DNA of 64,000 nucleotides from an uncultured Alphaproteobacteria bacterium (GTDB lineage Bacteria; Pseudomonadota; Alphaproteobacteria; RF32; CAG-239): NCBI GenBank assembly GCA_944391615.1, contig CALXUE010000004.1, positions 10,212 to 74,211 of the forward strand, read 5' to 3'. Shown piece by piece: positions 57,232 to 64,000 of this stretch (position 1 is its first letter; each line of letters starts with the position of its first letter). The notes under the pieces were generated by a model. It saw only the letters and a program-made list of their open reading frames with translations, ran no database searches and was not told where the DNA came from. The position numbers and the translations under genes were made by a program.

Positions 57232-57780
57232 ATGTTAATAAGAAAAGAAGATTCGCTTCTGCTGATAATAGACGTCCAAGAAAGAACGGTTCCACAAACC
57301 GAAGCGCCAAGAGAAGTCATCAATAATTGCGCCCATTTGGTTAGTATAAGTAAGGAGCTGGAGGTTCCAAGCATCATAACCGAGCACAACCCCAAAGCTC
57401 AGGGCAAAACCATCATAGATATCAGACTTGCGGCAGGAGAAGAAAAATCCTATCAGGAAAAAGAAGAGCTTTCATGCTGGTTGAATGAAAAAATAAAACA
57501 ATCAATCACAGAAAGCGGCAAAAGGCAAATAATAGTCTGCGGGGTTGAAACCCACATAAATGTTTTGCAAACGGCAGTTGATTTGCAAACAGCCGGATAC
57601 GAGGTTTTTGTAGTAGCCAATGCCTGCTCTTCAAGAGAAAATCTGCAGCATATATATGCTTTGCAAAGACTATCACATAACGATGTAGAAATCGTGAGTT
57701 ATGAAATGGTGGTTTACGAGTGGCTGAGAACATCCTCATCAGAGCAATACAAAGAGATAACCGGAAAATATATACTATAA
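57232..57780 (+). CDS. Isochorismatase-family hydrolase
   Basis: LLLIIDVQE N-terminal motif. Catalytic Cys in VCGVETHI. 182 aa. Confidence 0.6.
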   Translation: MLIRKEDSLLLIIDVQERTVPQTEAPREVINNCAHLVSISKELEVPSIITEHNPKAQGKTIIDIRLAAGEEKSYQEKEELSCWLNEKIKQSITESGKRQIIVCGVETHINVLQTAVDLQTAGYEVFVVANACSSRENLQHIYALQRLSHNDVEIVSYEMVVYEWLRTSSSEQYKEITGKYIL

Positions 57781-57842
57781 ATGCCCATAAAAAAAATCCT
57801 GCACAAACGGCAGGATTTTTTATGAAAATAAGATTATAAAAT

Positions 57843-58205
57843 CTAGGCGCGCCCGTAAACATCTTCAAGGCGGACAATATCATTTTCATCCAAACTGTCG
57901 CCGGCCTGAACTTCAATAAACACCACATCATGAGAAGAATCATTTTGAATACGGTGCTTGGTTTCAACCGGAATAAATATGGCATCATTAGCCTTTTTCA
58001 GCAATTTTTCTTCACCAAGCGTGACAATAGCCTGTCCCTCAACAATAATCCAGTGCTCATCACGGTGATGGTGTAGCTGCAAAGAGAGTTTACCTCCTGG
58101 GATAACCTTAATTTTTTTAACACAAAAATTCTCACCGCAGTCCAAAACTTCCCAAGTGCCCCAAGGCCTAACATCGGAGTCGCCTTTTTTATAAAGATTA
58201 GCCAT
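57843..58205 (-). CDS. Cupin-domain protein
   Basis: Cupin motifs (…KKIKVIPGGKLSLQLHHHRDEHWIIVEGQAIV…, …IPVETKHRIQN…). 120 aa. Confidence 0.6.
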   Translation of the reverse strand: MANLYKKGDSDVRPWGTWEVLDCGENFCVKKIKVIPGGKLSLQLHHHRDEHWIIVEGQAIVTLGEEKLLKKANDAIFIPVETKHRIQNDSSHDVVFIEVQAGDSLDENDIVRLEDVYGRA

Positions 58206-58243
58206 TAAAATATCTCCTTATTTTAAGAAAAAATTCACCGTTA

Positions 58244-60589
58244 ATGTATGAAAATATACTGAAAAGAAAAAAATGCACAAGAAGATTCGAACAGGTAATA
58301 ACAACAATGGCCAAATCCGCAAACACAGAAAAGGAAAATCAGGCATTTAAGATATTGAAACGGCTGCGTCAAGTTTCCGAAGACCAAAGTGAAATATCCG
58401 TGCGTTTAAATACCATTATGTCCGTCATTGCAGAAGAAATGGGTTATGACGGTGTATCCTGCTTTGTTTTACTGGAAGAAAATATTTTGGAATTGTTTGC
58501 CACATCGGGCTACAATGCTGCCGCCTGCCATAAAGTTACGGTTAGGATAGGGGAAGGTCTGGTCGGTACGGTTGCAAAAAATTGCCGTCCGCTTGTTTTG
58601 TCGGAAGCCAAAAAACATCCCAAATACATCAGCAAAGACAATTTCAAGGAAGAAGATTACCAATCGTTCATAGGTGTACCGCTCATTCGCCGCCACAAAG
58701 CCATAGGTGTTTTGATGGCAGAGTGCAAAGAAGAAAGAGATTATAGCCGCAAAGAGCAAGAAACATTAGAGACACTAGCAATGTTTATTGCCGATATTGT
58801 TTCGTCAGAAGAAATGCAAGCTTACAAGGCAGAGCTTATCAAATCGCGCGGTTTAATGACCAAAGACAAAATAAAAGGTTTGAGCTTAAGTAAAGGGTAT
58901 GGCTTAGGCCAAGCCGTATTGCATCACCGCCGCCATGTTGTTACCAAAATATTTGCGGAAGACAAAGACAAAGAGCTGGATAGATTAACATTGGCACACC
59001 AGCAAATGAATGATGATTTGGATGAAAAATTTAATTCCACAAAATTAGGGCTTGGTGAACATACAGATATTTTGGACGCATATTTAATGTTTGCTAAAGA
59101 CAAGGGATGGTTTCAAAAAATAGCAGATAATGTGATGAGCGGTTTAACGGCAGAGGCCGCGGTTGAAAGAGCTTATGAAGATATGTGGAACCGCTTGTCA
59201 GCCACCCAAGATGATTACCTGAAAGAAAGATTGCATGATTTAAGGGATGTATCGGAACGTTTGCTGTCATACTTAAGCGGAGATTATGTAGAAAACAGCA
59301 AAATAGTTGAAGAAAGTACAGACATCATCATCGTAGCTCAAAGCATGGGGCCGGCAGAGTTAATGGATTATGACCATACCAAAATAAGAGGTTTGCTGCT
59401 TGAAGAAGGCACCCCGACCATGCACGTTGCAATTGTTGCCAAGGCTTTAAATATACCGGTTGTAGCCAAAATAAAAGGCTTGTATGAAGAGATAAAATCC
59501 GGAGAACTCATAGCCTTGGATGGCAATGAAGGAATTGTATATCTGCACCCAAGCGAAGAAACGCAAAAGAAGTTTTTGGCCAAAAGAGCAGAAAGAAAAC
59601 AACTACAAGAAAAATTAGCCGCGCTCAAAAATTTACCTTCCCAAACATTGGATGGAATAAGAATAGGCCATTACATCAATGTCGGCATGAACTTTGATTT
59701 GGATTACATAGACAGCGCAAATTGCGACGGTATAGGCTTGTATCGAACAGAAATACCATTTATGTCATCAAGCGCCATGCCTAATGTAGAAAAACAAATC
59801 GGTTTTTATAAAGAGCTAATGGACAAAGCCGGCTACCGTAAAGTCATATTCAGAAGCTTAGATGTCGGTTCAGACAAGTTGTTGCCATATTGGGCCGGCT
59901 TGCATGAAGAAAATCCGGCCATAGGCTGGCGTTCGATTCGCATAACACTGGACAGACGAGCTATCTTGCGCAAACAAATCAGAGCCTTTATAGAGGCAGC
60001 AGCAGGCAAAGAACTCAATGTCATGTTTCCAATGATATCAAATCTGGCAGAATTTGAGGAATCAAAAGAAACATTATTGATAGAATATGAAAAAATAAAG
60101 CGGAGCGGAGACAAACTACCGGCCAAAATAAATGTGGGACTGATGATAGAGGTTCCATCGGTTGTCTACCAGTTGGATGAAATTTTGGAGCAGGCAGATT
60201 TTGTGTCTGTCGGAACCAATGACTTGGCGCAGTTTTTCTTTGCTTGCGATAGAGGTAATCCAAGGCTGAGCGAACGTTATGATGTTTTGTCAGCTCCATT
60301 TTTAAGAATGATGAAAGAAATAGTAAACAAGGCCAATCAACACAAAGTTTATTGTTCGGTTTGTGGTGAAATGGCGTCTGTTCCGATAGAAGCATTTGCG
60401 CTGATAGGCTTAGGATACAGAAATTTATCCTCATCAGGTTCGGCATATGGACGCGTTAAAAGCATGATAAGAAGTATAAGAGTATCGGAAATAGAAGATT
60501 ATATGAATTTGCTACTGCATTCCAAAAACAAAACATTACGCCCACAGTTAATGGCATACGCCTATGACCATGGGGTTGAAATTTATTAA
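58244..60589 (+). CDS. ptsP: Phosphoenolpyruvate-protein phosphotransferase PtsP (EI-Ntr; GAF + EI domains)
   Basis: N-terminal GAF domain. EI phospho-His region (…GTPTMHVAIVAKALNIPVV…). C-terminal PEP-binding domain (…VGTNDLAQFF…). 781 aa. The true start may be MAKSAN at 58307. Confidence 0.85.
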   Translation: MYENILKRKKCTRRFEQVITTMAKSANTEKENQAFKILKRLRQVSEDQSEISVRLNTIMSVIAEEMGYDGVSCFVLLEENILELFATSGYNAAACHKVTVRIGEGLVGTVAKNCRPLVLSEAKKHPKYISKDNFKEEDYQSFIGVPLIRRHKAIGVLMAECKEERDYSRKEQETLETLAMFIADIVSSEEMQAYKAELIKSRGLMTKDKIKGLSLSKGYGLGQAVLHHRRHVVTKIFAEDKDKELDRLTLAHQQMNDDLDEKFNSTKLGLGEHTDILDAYLMFAKDKGWFQKIADNVMSGLTAEAAVERAYEDMWNRLSATQDDYLKERLHDLRDVSERLLSYLSGDYVENSKIVEESTDIIIVAQSMGPAELMDYDHTKIRGLLLEEGTPTMHVAIVAKALNIPVVAKIKGLYEEIKSGELIALDGNEGIVYLHPSEETQKKFLAKRAERKQLQEKLAALKNLPSQTLDGIRIGHYINVGMNFDLDYIDSANCDGIGLYRTEIPFMSSSAMPNVEKQIGFYKELMDKAGYRKVIFRSLDVGSDKLLPYWAGLHEENPAIGWRSIRITLDRRAILRKQIRAFIEAAAGKELNVMFPMISNLAEFEESKETLLIEYEKIKRSGDKLPAKINVGLMIEVPSVVYQLDEILEQADFVSVGTNDLAQFFFACDRGNPRLSERYDVLSAPFLRMMKEIVNKANQHKVYCSVCGEMASVPIEAFALIGLGYRNLSSSGSAYGRVKSMIRSIRVSEIEDYMNLLLHSKNKTLRPQLMAYAYDHGVEIY

Positions 60590-60594
60590 AAAAT

Positions 60595-61788
60595 ATGATT
60601 AGATACGAACAAACACAAAAAGGGGACCAAAAAACCATGATATCCAAAAAAGAAAGCAAAGAGACAAAAGAAACTTTGTCAAAAAAGAACAAAAAAGAAG
60701 AAGCAAAGAAAAACGCCGCACCGGCAGATGCAAGCGTAGCAGATAACACATTGGACAATGACGGACGTGTCGGCACAATGTTAAGGGAAACGCGTCTGCA
60801 AAAAGGCGAGGAGATTGAAGATATTTCTCGCAAGTTGCACATTCGCCCCAACTATTTGGAAGCAATAGAAAACAGCCGGTATTCTGAAGTTCCAGAAGCG
60901 CCGTACGGTCCAGGCTTTGTGAGAAGTTATGCAGACTATCTCGGCTTAAATGCCGTAAGAATGGCACAGCTATATAAAGAAGAAACCGACGCCAAAAACG
61001 CCCAGTCAGATATGTATGTCCCCGAACCCGAAAGCGAAGCAACAGCCCCAAGCTATAAATACATACTGATAAGTTTAATCGCCATTGCAATAGCTTATTT
61101 TGGGTGGAATTATTATATCTCACAAACAGAACAAACGCTTGAAGACGTCACAACGGAAAATAGCATGCCGGCGGCAGATGAACAAGATTTTACCTTGCAG
61201 GTTGAAGAAATAGAAAATCAAACGCCCCAAGAAGTCAGCACAGATTCTATAGCTAAACCGGAAGCAAAAGGCGATGTTAAAAAAGATGAAGTTGCAGAAA
61301 ATCAACCTCAAAAAGAAGAGACCGAAAACACCGAACATGAAACATCGGTAAAAACGCCGGCCACACCAACAGAGGCAGCATCCAAAGCCGCTGAAAAAGC
61401 ACCGGCCGAAGATGCCCCAAAGCCAACGCTCCAAGACACCCCGAAAGCTGAAGTAAAGGAAACACCCAAAGCTGAAGAAACATCGGAGCCAAAACCAGCA
61501 GAAAAAGCGCCGACCCCAGCATCCATAGATACGGATGTTAAGGTTGTGATGAAAGCCAATCAAGAAACATGGATTGAGGCAAAAGACGCCGACAAATTAT
61601 ATATCAGCAAGGTTGTTCAAGCAGGCTATACCTATAACGTTCCGGATAAAGAGGGCATGATAATTTCAGCCGGAAGATATGACGCCGTAGACGTTTATGT
61701 AAACGGAAAGTTAACTCCGGTCTTTACAGCCAACAAAAAAACTGGTATTAAGGTTGATGAAGTATTGGAACAAGCCGAAAACGACTAA
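60595..61788 (+). CDS. RodZ-like cytoskeleton protein (HTH + TM + acidic/Pro-rich linker + C-terminal domain)
   Basis: XRE-type HTH (…LRETRLQKGEEIEDISRKLHIRPNYLEAIE…). TM YILISLIAIAIAYFGWNYY. Pro/Glu/Lys-rich periplasmic linker. C-terminal DUF4115-like domain. Confidence 0.6.
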   Translation: MIRYEQTQKGDQKTMISKKESKETKETLSKKNKKEEAKKNAAPADASVADNTLDNDGRVGTMLRETRLQKGEEIEDISRKLHIRPNYLEAIENSRYSEVPEAPYGPGFVRSYADYLGLNAVRMAQLYKEETDAKNAQSDMYVPEPESEATAPSYKYILISLIAIAIAYFGWNYYISQTEQTLEDVTTENSMPAADEQDFTLQVEEIENQTPQEVSTDSIAKPEAKGDVKKDEVAENQPQKEETENTEHETSVKTPATPTEAASKAAEKAPAEDAPKPTLQDTPKAEVKETPKAEETSEPKPAEKAPTPASIDTDVKVVMKANQETWIEAKDADKLYISKVVQAGYTYNVPDKEGMIISAGRYDAVDVYVNGKLTPVFTANKKTGIKVDEVLEQAEND

Positions 61789-61808
61789 AGAACTAACATT
61801 AAAAAAAA

Positions 61809-61841
61809 GAAAATAGCAGGTCAAGGCTTGCTATTTTCTTT
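61809..61841 (+). terminator. Rho-independent terminator
   Basis: Perfect 10-bp stem gaaaatagca/tgctattttc with loop ggtcaaggct, then tttgcat. Confidence 0.6.
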
Positions 61842-61861
61842 GCATATAAGGAACTAAAGAG

Positions 61862-62938
61862 ATGGAAACAATTCAGCGCCGCAAGAGCCGCCAAATAAGG
61901 GTCGGAAAAGTATTGGTCGGAGGAGATGCTCCGATTTCCGTTCAGTCCATGACCAACACCGCCACATCAGATGTTAAAGCCACGGTAGAGCAAATCAAAC
62001 GCCAAGAGAGAGCGGGCTGCGACATCACGCGCTGCTCGTGTCCGGACAAGGATTCTGCTTTGGCGTTGAAAGAAATTACCAAACAGGTAAACATTCCGGT
62101 AGTGGCAGACATCCATTTTGATTATCGCTTAGGCATTTTGGCGGCAGAAAACGGCGCGGCATGTTTGAGAATAAACCCCGGAAACATCGGCGGAGCAGAT
62201 AGGGTTAAAGCGGTTGTTCAGGCAGCCAAAGATTACGGTTGCTCGATTCGTATTGGGGTGAATGGCGGTTCACTGGATAAAAAACTTCTGGAAAAATATC
62301 ATGAGCCCTGTGCAGATGCTTTGGTGGAGAGTGCATTAGAACAAGCCAAAATGCTTGAGGATAATGACTTTAGAGAATTTAAGATAAGTGTTAAATCATC
62401 CAATACCTTAATGATGATAGATGCATATAGAAAGCTGGCAGCCAAATGCGATTATCCATTGCACTTGGGTGTAACAGAGGCCGGCGGGCTGAGAGCCGGA
62501 ACAGTCAAGTCGGCGATGGGCATAGGTACGTTATTGATGGAAGGCATCGGCGATACCTTGCGCGTTTCACTAACGGCAGATGTTGAAGAAGAAGTCAAAA
62601 CCGGTTATGAGATATTAAAAGCTCTGGACTTAAGGCATAGAGGCGTTAGGATAATTTCTTGCCCAACCTGCGCCCGCAAAGGCTATGATGTCCAAAAGAC
62701 GGTTGAAGAGCTTGAAAAAAGATTAAGCCACATTGCAGCGCCGATAACCTTGGCGGTTATGGGCTGCGTGGTCAACGGCCCGGGAGAAGCGGCACACGCT
62801 GATTTTGGCGTATGCGGCGGACACGATGATAATATGCTGTTTATCAAAGGCAAACCCTACCAAAAAGTCAAAGATGAAAATATAGTTGACGAATTGGTCA
62901 AACTCGTAGAAACTAAGGCCAAAGAAGAAAAAGAATAA
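61862..62938 (+). CDS. ispG: 4-hydroxy-3-methylbut-2-en-1-yl diphosphate synthase
   Basis: 358 aa. Conserved IspG/GcpE motifs (…[14 protein letters not shown]…, Cys ligands ISCPTCAR). Confidence 0.9.
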   Translation: METIQRRKSRQIRVGKVLVGGDAPISVQSMTNTATSDVKATVEQIKRQERAGCDITRCSCPDKDSALALKEITKQVNIPVVADIHFDYRLGILAAENGAACLRINPGNIGGADRVKAVVQAAKDYGCSIRIGVNGGSLDKKLLEKYHEPCADALVESALEQAKMLEDNDFREFKISVKSSNTLMMIDAYRKLAAKCDYPLHLGVTEAGGLRAGTVKSAMGIGTLLMEGIGDTLRVSLTADVEEEVKTGYEILKALDLRHRGVRIISCPTCARKGYDVQKTVEELEKRLSHIAAPITLAVMGCVVNGPGEAAHADFGVCGGHDDNMLFIKGKPYQKVKDENIVDELVKLVETKAKEEKE

Positions 62939-62951
62939 GGAATAAAAAACA

Positions 62952-64000
62952 ATGAGCAAAATGCAAAATGTCAGAGGGACTTATGACTTGTACGGCGAGG
63001 CTAAAAGAAAGGCCAAAAGAGTTATCGCCGAGGGTTCAAAAATTGTAGAAAAATATGGTTTTGAAGAAATAGAAACCCCGATATTTGAATTTACGGAAGT
63101 TTTTTCGCGTAATTTGGGTGATACATCAGACATTGTCACCAAAGAGATGTATTGCTTTGAAGATAGAGGCGGAGAGAGTTTGACTTTGCGGCCAGAAGGA
63201 ACGGCAGGCGTGGTCAGAGCGTTTATCTCTAACGGAATGCAGCAAAATCTACCGGTAAAGATGTATTATGCCGGCCCGATGTTTCGCTATGAACGTCCGC
63301 AAAAAGGCCGCCAAAGACAGTTTACACAGTTTGGCGTGGAGTTACTGGGCGTAGATACCCCGCAAGCCGATATTGAGGTTATCGCCATGGCTTATGAGTT
63401 TGTTGAGAGCTTGGGGCTAAGCGGAACGGTCACGGTTGAGATAAATTCTTTGGGCGATAAAGAAAGCCGCGCCGCATATCGCGAAAAATTGGTTGCATAT
63501 CTGAAAGAAAATTATGACAAGCTGTCTGAAGATTCTAAAACGCGTTTGGAGAAAAATCCGTTAAGAGTTTTGGATTCAAAAGAAGAATGCGACAAAGCGG
63601 TTGTCGAAAACGCACCTTTGTACAGAGATAGCTTGAATGAAGCATCAAAAAGCTTTTTTGAAAAAGTCTTAAAAGGACTGGACGCTTTAGGCATAAAATA
63701 TCGCGTGAACGACCGCTTGGTCAGAGGTTTGGATTATTATTCACACACGGTGTTTGAGCTAACAACTGATAAGCTTGGTGCGCAAGGCACGGTTTTGGCT
63801 GGCGGTCGTTATGATGGCTTGGTCGAGCAAATGGGCGGCGGAGCCGTTTCGGGCATCGGCTGGGCCTGCGGGGTTGAAAGATTGTCGATGTTGCTGGAAG
63901 AAGACGTGTCTTTGCCGCGCCCGATAGCAGTTATTCCGGTTGGTGATGAAAACGAGCTGAAAGCGATTGAAATTGCCTATAAATTAAGAAAAGCCGGATT
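62952..64000 (+). CDS. hisS: Histidyl-tRNA synthetase (N-terminal part; runs off the window)
   Basis: My translation gives MSKMQNVRGTYDLYGEAKRK…. Class II motif 1/2 region (…LTLRPEGTAGVVRAF…, …MFRYERPQKGRQRQF…). Absent from the ORF track because it is edge-truncated. Confidence 0.9.
   Translation, partial: MSKMQNVRGTYDLYGEAKRKAKRVIAEGSKIVEKYGFEEIETPIFEFTEVFSRNLGDTSDIVTKEMYCFEDRGGESLTLRPEGTAGVVRAFISNGMQQNLPVKMYYAGPMFRYERPQKGRQRQFTQFGVELLGVDTPQADIEVIAMAYEFVESLGLSGTVTVEINSLGDKESRAAYREKLVAYLKENYDKLSEDSKTRLEKNPLRVLDSKEECDKAVVENAPLYRDSLNEASKSFFEKVLKGLDALGIKYRVNDRLVRGLDYYSHTVFELTTDKLGAQGTVLAGGRYDGLVEQMGGGAVSGIGWACGVERLSMLLEEDVSLPRPIAVIPVGDENELKAIEIAYKLRKAG

Noticed and set aside
60599-61563. Minus-strand ORFs of 174, 147 and 81-83 aa
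   Set aside because: They are antisense to the RodZ-like gene in its Pro/Glu/Lys-rich linker. A repetitive low-complexity coding region generates long spurious ORFs on the opposite strand.
1-64000. CRISPR arrays, IS elements, transposases and integrases
   Set aside because: I found no short regularly spaced direct repeats, no transposase-like ORFs (DDE, HTH-Tnp or tyrosine recombinase motifs) and no terminal inverted repeats. The accessory regions are bounded by ordinary terminators and housekeeping genes.

Overview
This window looks like a chromosomal segment of a low-GC bacterium, probably an alphaproteobacterial, possibly Rickettsiales/Holosporales-like endosymbiont; that guess rests only on protein signatures and gene order. 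Housekeeping genes are a Lon-like protease, a low-molecular-weight tyrosine phosphatase, rsmE, cmk, rpsA, tRNA-Arg(CCU), gpt, ptsP, a RodZ-like protein, ispG and the 5' part of hisS. Three accessory modules are interleaved with them.

- **TerY-P-type triad (about 16.1-19.2 kb, minus strand).** A vWA/TerY-like protein, a PP2C phosphatase and a Ser/Thr kinase with a C-terminal 3-TM anchor sit in the canonical order. A 43-aa lipoprotein micro-ORF precedes them. An NMO/FabK-like oxidoreductase and an HExxH zincin-like gene lie just downstream.
- **Type IVb pilus locus (20.3-32.5 kb, minus strand).** It resembles the R64 thin-pilus/Tcp/Bfp class. Components are a TcpQ/PilL-like lipoprotein, a secretin lipoprotein, PilO- and PilP-like proteins, a GspE-type ATPase, a GspF-type platform protein, a prepilin and a PilT-like retraction ATPase.
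- **Type IV secretion operon (32.8-56.2 kb, plus strand, about 23 kb).** The order is virB2 x2, virB3, virB4, four secreted coiled-coil proteins (two or three resembling VirB5/TrbJ, one of 1242 aa) occupying the virB5/virB6 slot, virB8a, virB7, virB8b, virB9, a repeat protein, virB10 and virB11. No polytopic VirB6 is present. The virB9 gene carries large Gly-rich insertions. An 1144-aa protein made of a roughly 18-aa NGN-x-IG-x-V tandem repeat precedes virB10. The virB10 gene itself has about 950 aa of the same repeat between its TM anchor and the conserved C-domain, plus a G8 homopolymer in its linker.

The repeat-expanded VirB10 with its paralog, the VirB5-like coiled-coil block, and the juxtaposition of divergently transcribed pilus and secretion operons are the best candidates for undescribed biology. 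The ORF track omits edge-truncated genes (a TPR gene at the 5' edge, hisS at the 3' edge). Several of its starts are alternative codons, which I re-evaluated where noted.
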